Part shown: one piece after another, positions 28,210 to 35,771 of the stretch
Numbering within the stretch: the first letter of the stretch is position 1
Layout of the letters: each line of letters begins with the position of its first letter
Assembly: GCA_017882855.1 (NCBI GenBank)
Contig: JADGOR010000001.1
Coordinates: 11,901-75,900 of the forward strand
Source: Cellulomonas sp.
GTDB lineage: Bacteria; Actinomycetota; Actinomycetes; Actinomycetales; Cellulomonadaceae
Length of the DNA stretch: 64,000 bases
Direction of reading: 5' to 3'
The notes under the pieces: model-generated
Seen by the model: only the letters and a program-made list of their open reading frames with translations
Database searches by the model: none
Told to the model about the DNA's origin: nothing
Program-made: the position numbers and the translations under genes

Positions 28210-28230
28210 AACCCGAGAGCCGCTCGGGTT
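28210..28230 (+). terminator. Stem-loop after pyk
   Basis: AACCCGAG-agccg-CTCGGGTT forms a perfect 8-bp stem. It starts 15 nt after the pyk stop. Confidence 0.45.
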
Positions 28231-28268
28231 CGTCGGACGCCCGCGCCGGGCGGTGCAAGAATCGCGGC

Positions 28269-29234
28269 ATGACCGAGGTGGCGATCAACACGAGTGCGAC
28301 GAATGAGCCACGCCGGTCGCTGACGCCGTTCGCGTGGATGTCGATCGGCGCCGCGGTCCTGACCATCGGGCTCAAGACCGGCGCGTACCTCCTGACGGGT
28401 TCGGTCGGGCTGCTCTCGGACGCCGCCGAGTCGGGGGTCAACCTGGTCGCGGCGATCGTGGCGCTCATCGCGCTTCGGGTCGCGGCACGCCCGCCGGACG
28501 AGGACCACCACTTCGGGCACGCGAAGGCGGAGTACTTCTCGGCCGGTATCGAAGCGGCCATGATCTTCGTCGCATCGGTCGTCATCATCATCACGTCGGT
28601 CGAGCGGTTCCTGAGTCCGCGTGCCCTCGAGAACATCGGCATCGGCTTGGCCATCTCCCTGGTCGCGACCGGCGTCAACTGGTTCGTCGGGATGAGGCTC
28701 CTGCGCGCGGGTCGGCGGTACCGCTCGATGACGCTCGTCGCCGACGGGAAACATCTCCTGACCGACGTCTGGACGTCTGTCGGCGTCGTCGTGGGGGTGG
28801 GGGCCGTGGCGCTGACCCACTGGAACCGCCTGGACTCGATCGTCGCGTTCGCCGTCGGGGTGAACATCCTGGTGACGGGGTGGCGCTTGTTGACCGGCTC
28901 GGTCGACGGGCTGATGGATCACGCCCTGTCCGATGCCGATCACGCCCGGATCATCGGGGTGCTCGACGGACTACGCACCGACGAGGTGACGTTCCACACC
29001 CTGCAGACGCGTGAGTCCGGTCATCGGCGCTTGGTCTCGTTCCACGTCGTCGTTCCGGGGACCTGGACGGTCCAACGGGCCAACGCGGTCGTCGCGGCGG
29101 CCGAGGAAGCGGTTCGCAGCGCGCTCGACCACGCCGAGGTCAACACCCAGCTGGAACCCGTCGGGACACCCCATCCGTCCGACTCGACCGGGGGGCGAGT
29201 GCGGATGGACCCCGATCCGCATGTTCCGGACTGA
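28269..29234 (+). CDS. Cation diffusion facilitator (CDF) family metal efflux transporter
   Basis: ATG 28269. It has six TM helices with the motifs GSVGLLSDAAESGVNLV and HLLTDVWTSVGVV, followed by a cytoplasmic C-terminal domain. Confidence 0.87.
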   Translation: MTEVAINTSATNEPRRSLTPFAWMSIGAAVLTIGLKTGAYLLTGSVGLLSDAAESGVNLVAAIVALIALRVAARPPDEDHHFGHAKAEYFSAGIEAAMIFVASVVIIITSVERFLSPRALENIGIGLAISLVATGVNWFVGMRLLRAGRRYRSMTLVADGKHLLTDVWTSVGVVVGVGAVALTHWNRLDSIVAFAVGVNILVTGWRLLTGSVDGLMDHALSDADHARIIGVLDGLRTDEVTFHTLQTRESGHRRLVSFHVVVPGTWTVQRANAVVAAAEEAVRSALDHAEVNTQLEPVGTPHPSDSTGGRVRMDPDPHVPD

Positions 29235-29444
29235 CCGCCGGTCCACGCGCGCCGTGGGCGACCCAGCCGGCCCGGATGCCACAGGTCCTGGAGGACTCGG
29301 GCGGATGCCCACTACTATCCAATGAGCGTTGCGACAGTCCGCCACCGGGTAAAGTTCCTGCACACCCTCGAGCGAAGGACCGAGCAGGCTCCGATCACGT
29401 CCGGCGTCCTTGACAGATCATCGCGTTCCACGGAGGTGCGTCCC

Positions 29445-30275
29445 ATGCTGCGGCAGTCCGAGGGGTTCATCCACCTCAGACTCCTGCGTGCCGTCGTGAT
29501 GGGCCTCTTCGTCGTGACGGTGGGCATCGCCGCCGCTGTCCATGCGCCACGGCTCACCGAGAACCCAGCCTTTTCCGGCGACGTCGTCGCGTTCTACCCG
29601 GAGCACCCCGACGACGAGGTGCTCTGGGGCGGAAGTGCTATCCGGGACGCGGTCGACACGAAGGGCGCGAGCAACGTGTACGTCGTGCTCGTGACCCGGG
29701 GGTTGGGGGCGACGCCGTTCACCCGGACCGCCGAGTACGCCGCTCTGACGAGCGACCAGAAGGGCCAGCTGAGGGAGAACGAGTTCAGAGCTGCGATGAA
29801 GGAGCTGGGTGTCCAGAGCTCGAACATCATCGTCCTGAAGGATCCGAAGCCAGGAACCGATGACTCGCTGGTCCAGATGCGCGCCACGGCTCTGCAGATC
29901 GAGCGTGCCGCAGCGAGCGTGGGGAAGACCGTGACCCACGTGGCGCACTCCTACAAGTACGACGACAACGCCGAGCACCGTGGGAACGGCCGGGTCATCA
30001 AGACCTTGCTCGACGAGGGGCAGATCCACGATGCCCTGTTCTGGTTCAAGCCGCAGTACCGGTTCCGAGTCCCAGCGGACGACGTGGTGAAGTTCCAGGC
30101 TCTCGACCCGTCCGACCGGACGGCCGTGCACCGGGCGATCGACAGGTACGAGACAACGGATACCCGGGCGGGCCTGGAGGCGATCGGCTATCGCGCCACG
30201 CCCTGGTACTTCGCGATCCTCGGCTGGGACAAGTACCTGACCTCTACGCTGCACACCGCCGTCGTTCCCGGCTAG
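29445..30275 (+). CDS. Membrane-anchored PIG-L/LmbE-like deacetylase family protein (tentative)
   Basis: ATG 29445 is preceded by GGAGG. An N-terminal TM helix is followed by FYPEHPDDEVLWGG, which resembles the (A/P)HPDDE zinc motif. RENEFRAAMKELG resembles the family's R..E...A...LG block. The remainder is divergent. Confidence 0.5.
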   Translation: MLRQSEGFIHLRLLRAVVMGLFVVTVGIAAAVHAPRLTENPAFSGDVVAFYPEHPDDEVLWGGSAIRDAVDTKGASNVYVVLVTRGLGATPFTRTAEYAALTSDQKGQLRENEFRAAMKELGVQSSNIIVLKDPKPGTDDSLVQMRATALQIERAAASVGKTVTHVAHSYKYDDNAEHRGNGRVIKTLLDEGQIHDALFWFKPQYRFRVPADDVVKFQALDPSDRTAVHRAIDRYETTDTRAGLEAIGYRATPWYFAILGWDKYLTSTLHTAVVPG

Positions 30276-30369
30276 ATACGGCGCGCGTGCGGCCGAGCGC
30301 TGCCACACCTCGAGCCGATACCCGACTCCTGGTTCGGTGATCAGGTGGCGTGGGCGGGCCGGCTCCGCG

Positions 30370-32058
30370 TCAGAGCAGCGGCAACACCTGCTCGCGCACC
30401 TGCTTGCGAAGGATCTTGCCGAGCATCGAGCGTGGCGTGTCCTCGATCTGCACGATCCGCCGCGGGACCTTGTAGGCCGCGAGGAAGTCGCGGCAGTGGG
30501 CCCGCAGCGTGTCCTCGTCGAGCTCAGCGCGCGGCTCGAGCTCGACCGCCGCGACGACCATCTCGCCGCCCCGGTCGAGCGGCTTGCCGAACACGGCTGC
30601 GTCGATGACAGCCGGGTGCATACGCAGCACCGCCTCGACCTCAGAGGGCGAGACGTTGAAGCCGCCGGTGATGACGAGCTCCTTGACCCGATCCACGATC
30701 GTCGTGAACCCGTCTTCGTCGACGGTCACGACGTCGCCGGTGCGAAGCCAGCCGTCGGGAAGGAGGGTCTTCGCGGTCTCCTCCGGGTCGTTCCAATAGC
30801 CCTGGAAGACCTGCGGGCCCTTGAGCAAGAGTTCGCCCGGCTGACCCTGCGGGACCTCCGTGGTGGGGTCGTCCGGGTCGACGACCTTCATCAGGGTCGA
30901 GGGGAACGGCACGCCGATGGTGCCGGTGCGGCGGGTGCGGTGGAACGGGTTGCCCAGGGCTACCGGTGAGGACTCGGTCATTCCATAGCCTTCGACGAGC
31001 AGCCCGCCCGACATCGACTCCCACAGCTCAACGATGTGGTCGGGCAGGTTCATCGCACCCGAGATGCAGAACTTGCACGAGCGCAGCGAGACACCCCGCT
31101 CCTTCGCGACCGACGCGGTGCGCTCGTAGACCGGCGGGACCGCGCAGTAGACCGTCGCGGGTGACTTCTTCATGGCGCTGAGGACCAGGTCGGGATCGAA
31201 CTTGGGGAAGAGCACCAGCAGGGCCTGCTTGCGGATGCCGTAGGTGAGGTAGAGCGTCATGCCGAAGGCGTGGAACATCGGGAGGATCGCGTAGAAGATC
31301 TCCTTGCGGTACTCCGCACCGAGCATCCAGGCCTCACCCTGCAGGGCGTTGGAGTAGAGGTTGAAGTGGGTGAGCATGGCCCCCTTGGGGTGGCCGGTGG
31401 TGCCCGAGGTGTACTGGATGGCGGCCAGGTCGTGCACCGCCGGGCGGGGATGGTCGGGATCGATGCGACCGTGGGTGAGCAGCTTCTCCCACGGGATCGT
31501 TCCCGGCGCCGGGCCGGTCAGCGCTTCGCGGGACTCGCGCAGGCTACGCACCGGCAGGTGCAGGGCGAGGCGCTTGACGGCGGGGAACGCCTTGAGGAGG
31601 TTGACCGAGACGACGTGGTCGATCTCGACGTCGGCGGGGAAAGACTGGACGGCGGACACCGCCTTGTCCCACGCGATCACGATGCGAGCCTGGTGGTCCT
31701 CGAACTGGTGGCGCAGCTCGCGAGAGGTGTAGAGCGGGTTGTGCTCCACCACGACGGCGCCCAGGCGCAGCACCGCGTAGAAGGCGACGACGTGCTGGGG
31801 GCAGTTCGGCAGGATGAGGGCCACGCGGTGGCCCGCACGCACGCCCAGGTGACGGAGGCCCTCGGCTGCCCGGTCGATCTGGTCGCCGAGCTCGGTGTAG
31901 GTCGTGCGGCGACCGAAGAACTCCATCGCGGGGTGCCGGCCGGCCTCGGCCACGGACTGCTCGAGCATCGAGGAGAGAGACTCGGTGGGCAGGTCGATCT
32001 CGGCCGGGACGCCCGGCTGGTAGTGCTTCACCCAGGGCTGCTGGTCACTGTTCGCCAT
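30370..32058 (-). CDS. fadD: Long-chain fatty-acid--CoA ligase (AMP-binding family)
   Basis: ATG 32058 begins MANSDQQPWVKHYQPGVP. The AMP-binding motifs are YTSGTTGHPKGA, GYGMTE and TGDV...DGF..IVDRVKELV. The 78-codon upstream extension in the track ORF is not part of this gene. Confidence 0.9.
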   Translation of the reverse strand: MANSDQQPWVKHYQPGVPAEIDLPTESLSSMLEQSVAEAGRHPAMEFFGRRTTYTELGDQIDRAAEGLRHLGVRAGHRVALILPNCPQHVVAFYAVLRLGAVVVEHNPLYTSRELRHQFEDHQARIVIAWDKAVSAVQSFPADVEIDHVVSVNLLKAFPAVKRLALHLPVRSLRESREALTGPAPGTIPWEKLLTHGRIDPDHPRPAVHDLAAIQYTSGTTGHPKGAMLTHFNLYSNALQGEAWMLGAEYRKEIFYAILPMFHAFGMTLYLTYGIRKQALLVLFPKFDPDLVLSAMKKSPATVYCAVPPVYERTASVAKERGVSLRSCKFCISGAMNLPDHIVELWESMSGGLLVEGYGMTESSPVALGNPFHRTRRTGTIGVPFPSTLMKVVDPDDPTTEVPQGQPGELLLKGPQVFQGYWNDPEETAKTLLPDGWLRTGDVVTVDEDGFTTIVDRVKELVITGGFNVSPSEVEAVLRMHPAVIDAAVFGKPLDRGGEMVVAAVELEPRAELDEDTLRAHCRDFLAAYKVPRRIVQIEDTPRSMLGKILRKQVREQVLPLL

Positions 32059-32109
32059 GAACGCATCTTGCCGCGAACTTCTCCGTCGCGCGGCGCAACG
32101 CGGCCGGGT

Positions 32110-32172
32110 GTCGACGACATGGCGGGTCAGGTATCTGTAGCCGTTGCCGGCCGTGAGCTTGTGCATCGACAT
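32110..32172 (-). pseudogene. N-terminal remnant (about 21 codons) of a MobF/TrwC-type conjugative relaxase
   Basis: MSMHKLTAGNGYRYLTRHVV, with GGAGG upstream, matches the L(S/T)AG.GY.YL start that I recognise from actinobacterial TrwC-domain relaxases. After that the sequence turns into Arg-rich nonsense that runs into the fadD upstream region. Confidence 0.4.
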
Positions 32173-32513
32173 CACCGCTCGCTCACCTCCCCTCCCAGGC
32201 CGCTCGCCCGGGCCGGTTGCTGCCGGGATCGGTAGTTGTCCTCTACTAGCAGGGGTGCAGCGAACGGGTACAAGACGGGGTTCCGCCGGCACCCGATTCG
32301 CGATGGGCTCCTACAAGCAGGGATGCGGAATCGTCTGCAACATGCGAGGTAAGGCTGCTCAGGAGCGATAGTCGCGGTGATGACGCCCGTGAAGCCGCAG
32401 GTCAGCGATGCGATGACGAGCGCAGGTGACGGGCTCGCAGCGGGTGCGTCATCGATGACGCCGCAGAGCGCCCCATCATCGCTAGGGGTGACTTGGCGAA
32501 CTGACGCTGTCGA

Positions 32514-32531
32514 CGTACAGTTTCTTGTACG
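32514..32531 (+). promoter_or_regulatory. Inverted repeat cGTACAg-N4-tTGTACg upstream of yefM (candidate TA operator)
   Basis: GTACA (32515-32519) and TGTAC (32526-32530) are reverse complements. They lie 18-35 nt upstream of the yefM start. Confidence 0.45.
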
Positions 32532-32548
32532 GCCATCGGAGGTGTGCG

Positions 32549-32800
32549 GTGAAGACCATGACGTACTCGCAGTCGCGGGCTCGGTATGCGGAGGTGCTCG
32601 ACGGAGTGCTGGCCGATCGTGAGGAGGTCGTGATCACGCGCGCCGGCCACGAACCGGTGGTGATCCTCTCCCTGGCGGACTACGAGTCACTGAAGGAGAC
32701 GGCCTACCTGCTGCAGAACCCGGCCAACGCCCGCCGCCTGCTCGCCTCGATCGAGCGACTGGAGTCCGGCGCCGGGGCGGAGCACGAGCTGGCCGGATGA
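32549..32800 (+). CDS. yefM: Type II antitoxin, Phd/YefM family
   Basis: The protein reads (VKT)MTYSQSRARYAEVLDGV...VVITRAGHEPVVILSLADYESLKETAYLLQNPANARRL. GTG 32549 lies 6 nt after GGAGG. ATG 32558 is an alternative start. Confidence 0.85.
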   Translation: MKTMTYSQSRARYAEVLDGVLADREEVVITRAGHEPVVILSLADYESLKETAYLLQNPANARRLLASIERLESGAGAEHELAG

Positions 32801-33072
32801 GGTACGTCTGGGACTCCGACGCCTGGGCCGATTACCTGTACTGGCAGACCCAGGACCGGCGGGTCGTCAAGCGGATCAACGAAGTGATCAAGGACATCGC
32901 CCGCGGCGCCGCGGGCGGGACCCCGCACGAGGGGATCGGTAAACCCGAGGCCCTCAAGCACGGGCTGCACGGGTACTGGTCCCGGCGAATCACCGACGAG
33001 CACCGCCTCATCTACAAGGTCGCAGACGACGAGATCCGCATCGCCGCCTGCCGTTACCACTACGGCACCTGA
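32797..33072 (+). CDS. yoeB: Type II toxin, YoeB/Txe family mRNA interferase
   Basis: 91 aa. There is an ATGA overlap with yefM. The motifs are WADYLYWQTQDRRVVKRINEVIKDI...GIGKPEALKHGLHGYWSRRITDEHRLIYKV...IRIAACRYHY. Confidence 0.9.
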   Translation: MRYVWDSDAWADYLYWQTQDRRVVKRINEVIKDIARGAAGGTPHEGIGKPEALKHGLHGYWSRRITDEHRLIYKVADDEIRIAACRYHYGT

Positions 33073-33114
33073 TCCAGCCTGTCACCGACCGCGTCGGCAT
33101 CCTGGCAACCAGCG

Positions 33115-33258
33115 TCATCGCAGACTCCTCTTGCACTTCCCCCAGTAGCCCATCGAGCCAGGCACGATCAGCAGCACCACCAGCAGCACCAGCAGCCGCC
33201 GGTGGCCGGAGGCGGAAGAGTGTCGTCCAGAGCGAATCTGCGCCGATGCGCCGGTCAT
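33115..33258 (-). CDS. Possible 47-aa single-pass membrane peptide
   Basis: The peptide MTGASAQIRSGRHSSASGHRRLLVLLVVLLIVPGSMGYWGKCKRSLR has a basic N-terminus and one hydrophobic helix. GC3 is about 80 percent. I saw no RBS and recognise no homolog. Confidence 0.25.
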   Translation of the reverse strand: MTGASAQIRSGRHSSASGHRRLLVLLVVLLIVPGSMGYWGKCKRSLR

Positions 33259-33357
33259 TGGCAGCGGCGCCGGTTCGCGGCATGAGTGCGGACGGCGGCA
33301 TGTCCGGGCGGGCGTAGCCGCCCCGACGGCCAGATCCGGCCGAGGGTCGGCGGCACG

Positions 33358-34170
33358 ATGTGGAACCATCTCGGCATGGTGCTGCAAGGGACCTCCCTCA
33401 CCGAAGACGACGCGAAGGCCAAGTGGCGGGAGTTAGCGCCCCTGCTCGATCGGATGATGGAGCGAGTCGCGACCGAGGGCGAGTTCCCGGTCGCGGTCCG
33501 ATCCTCCTTGGCGGGCGATGACGCCGCGGCGGACCCGTACCAGGTTTCTCACGTGATCCGGATGTGCCTGACCGCGGGCACCGACCATCTGCATGCGGTG
33601 AAGGTTCTAGTCGTGGATCAACACGTCGTTCACCTTGCCGCTCCGGCCTCGCTGGCGCGCGGAGCCCTTGAGACGATCGCTGCCGCGTACTGGATCTTGC
33701 AGCCGGCTCAGCGGGATGAACGCGTGACGCGGTCGCTTCGTTGGCACGCGAAGAACATGAGGGACGCGGAAGCCGCCGTGGGGGCCTTGAAGTTACCCGG
33801 ACACACGCCGCTCGAACAGAAGCTCTTGAAACTAGACGCCGTGGCAAACAGGCGTTCGCTCGACACTAAGACGATTCGCGCCGGCTACACGAGCACCGAG
33901 GCAGTGAAGTGCGCCGAGGAGCACGCACCAGACTTGCCACTGGGGGTGGTCCTCCCGTGGCGCGTTTGCTCGGGATTCGCCCACGGTCGCCCGTGGGCCT
34001 ATTTTGGCGTTTCGGACGTCCAAGTGACTCAGACCGACGAAAGCGATATTCTCGGGGTCCGACTCACTAGCAGTCTAATGAAGGCCCTTTACCCGTCGCT
34101 TGCGGCGGTCCATCTTCTAGAGCGCTTGCTGCGGCTCTATGAACAACGCGCAGGGTCTCCGCTCGTCTAG
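33358..34170 (+). CDS. Orphan 270-aa protein, function unknown
   Basis: The frame is open with a coding-like third-position bias. It uses TTA, CTA, AGT and ATT codons and is visibly less GC-rich than the flanking genes. I recognised no family. Confidence 0.55.
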   Translation: MWNHLGMVLQGTSLTEDDAKAKWRELAPLLDRMMERVATEGEFPVAVRSSLAGDDAAADPYQVSHVIRMCLTAGTDHLHAVKVLVVDQHVVHLAAPASLARGALETIAAAYWILQPAQRDERVTRSLRWHAKNMRDAEAAVGALKLPGHTPLEQKLLKLDAVANRRSLDTKTIRAGYTSTEAVKCAEEHAPDLPLGVVLPWRVCSGFAHGRPWAYFGVSDVQVTQTDESDILGVRLTSSLMKALYPSLAAVHLLERLLRLYEQRAGSPLV

Positions 34171-34348
34171 CTAGGCCATCGCCCGGCCATGCCGGACAGC
34201 GGTATGGGTGAAGCCGGGGACACCATCCATGTCGTTGCGCAGGGCGATGCCGTGTCCGTGGACGCTCGTCGGCGCGGGCAGATCGTTGCGCAGGCGGCCG
34301 CCGCCAATTCGGCCCGCCTCGGCGACGTGAAGCGAGGCGGTACGACGA

Positions 34349-34381
34349 GGGGGTGCGCCCCGAGCTTCAGGACGCACCCCC
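34349..34381 (-). terminator. Stem-loop downstream of the xylanase gene
   Basis: GGGGGTGCG (34349-34357) pairs perfectly with CGCACCCCC (34373-34381). The structure lies 18 nt past the xylanase stop on the minus strand. Confidence 0.5.
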
Positions 34382-34398
34382 TGGAACATGACCGCCGG

Positions 34399-35577
34399 TC
34401 AGGCGCGCCGTGGCGCCTTGGTGGTCCAGAGAATCTGGCGCAGGTCCTGGTACTGCGGCTTCGGGTTGAGGTTGTCGTCGAACAGCAGGGCGGCACCCTC
34501 ACCCGTGAAGACGCCCGGGATCCAGGAGTTGGAGTCGGCGACGCCCCAGACGGTGTAGGAGATGCACTGCGGCACGCCGAGGCAGGCCTGCAGGGTCTGC
34601 TTCCAGTACGACTCCTGCGTGGCCTGTAGCGCCGGGGTCAGCGGCGTGTCGGTGTACGTGCCCGGGTTGGCGGCATCGGGCTGGACGAAGGTTCGGACGT
34701 CTACCTCGGTGAGCGCCACCTTCAGGCCCAGGGCGGCGAATCGCTGCAGGTTGTTCTGCAGGTCCGGGAACCCGTACTGGGTGTCGAGGTGGCCCTGGAA
34801 GCCGACGCCGTCGATCGGGACGCGCTGCGACCGGAGCTGCTGGACGAAGCCGTAGACCGCGTTGCTCTTCGCCCCGGTGAACTCGAGGTTGTAGTCGTTG
34901 TAGAAGAGCAGGGCATGAGGGTCGGCCTGGTGCGCCCAGCGGAAGGCATCGGCGACGTAGTCGAGCCCGTTGAGGCCGAGCGCCTGGTAGGCCTTGTAGA
35001 AGACGGACTGACGCGGCGTGCCGTCGTCGTTGAACGCCTCGTTGACGACGTCCCACTGCCAGATCTGGCCGCGGAAGTGCGAAACCTCGTCGACCACGTG
35101 CTTGTGCAGCAGGTCGCGAACCTGCTGCGGCGTGAACGACGTGGTGGCGCCGTCGGTCGAGAACCAGCTCGGGAGCTGGTTGTGCCAGACCAGTGCGTGC
35201 CCGCGCACGAGCTGGTGGTCGGCCTGCGCTCCGGCGACGAGGCGGTCCGCGGCCGCCCAGTCGTAGGTGCCCTGGGTGGGCTCGACGAGCTGCCACTTCA
35301 TGACGTTCTCGGGCGTGACCGTGTTGAACTGCTGGTCCACGATGCGGGTGTAGGCCGCGTCGGAGCCGTACAGGTCCATGTTGACGGCGGTCCCGACCTT
35401 GAGCCCCGAGCGCATCGAGAGGGTGCGCAGGCTCGGCTGGACGGCTCCGGCGTGGTCTCCGTGTTGGTCCCCGTGGTGTTCGGCGACGTGGTCCGACGAG
35501 GCCACCGCTGCCCCCGGTGTGGCGGTCAGCGCGGTGACCGCAAGGGCGGCCACCAGGAAGGAATGACGAATGCGCAC
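34399..35577 (-). CDS. Secreted endo-1,4-beta-xylanase, glycoside hydrolase family 10
   Basis: GTG 35577 is preceded by AAGGAG. The signal peptide is VRIRHSFLVAALAVTALTATPGAAVA. WDVVNEA holds the acid/base Glu and ALTEVDV holds the nucleophile Glu. There is no carbohydrate-binding module. Confidence 0.9.
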   Translation of the reverse strand: MRIRHSFLVAALAVTALTATPGAAVASSDHVAEHHGDQHGDHAGAVQPSLRTLSMRSGLKVGTAVNMDLYGSDAAYTRIVDQQFNTVTPENVMKWQLVEPTQGTYDWAAADRLVAGAQADHQLVRGHALVWHNQLPSWFSTDGATTSFTPQQVRDLLHKHVVDEVSHFRGQIWQWDVVNEAFNDDGTPRQSVFYKAYQALGLNGLDYVADAFRWAHQADPHALLFYNDYNLEFTGAKSNAVYGFVQQLRSQRVPIDGVGFQGHLDTQYGFPDLQNNLQRFAALGLKVALTEVDVRTFVQPDAANPGTYTDTPLTPALQATQESYWKQTLQACLGVPQCISYTVWGVADSNSWIPGVFTGEGAALLFDDNLNPKPQYQDLRQILWTTKAPRRA

Positions 35578-35771
35578 GTGATGCTCCTTTGCATCAGGGG
35601 CGGCGCCCCTGCGTTCGATAACGTTTTCCATCCGGACGGTCCGACGATAGGCCCGGCTCGGCGGGTGGTCAATGGGAGGGGTCGCGTCCATCCCGCGGTG
35701 TAGATGACGACGGACGTAGGTTCCTTCACGAGCGGCCGACTCAGCGAAGGAGGGACTACGCCCGTGCCGGC

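Noticed and set aside
32254-32268. GGTGCAGCGAACGGG, which weakly resembles the tRNA 3' end (GGTGCCCCGAGTGGG) near the presumed left end of the island.
   Set aside because: It matches at about 11 of 15 positions with no extension. That is within chance expectation for GC-rich sequence, and only a proper search could settle it.
32059-32292. A 78-codon N-terminal extension of the fadD track ORF.
   Set aside because: AMP-ligase similarity starts at MANSDQQPW (ATG 32058). The extension is Arg-rich apart from the relaxase-like 21 codons, which are reported separately as a relic.
33972-33984. GGGATTCGCCCAC, which resembles the tRNA T-arm region (GGGATTCGAACCCAC), considered as a possible att remnant.
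   Set aside because: The match is only 13 nt with a 2-nt gap, it lies inside a coding region, and the flanking bases do not continue the match.
34171-34389. A 72-aa minus-strand ORF between the orphan gene and the xylanase gene, with fairly high GC3 (...VHGHGIALRNDMDGVPGFTH...).
   Set aside because: It could be a gene remnant, but I recognise no family, its start lies inside the xylanase terminator hairpin, and it has no RBS. This is not enough support.
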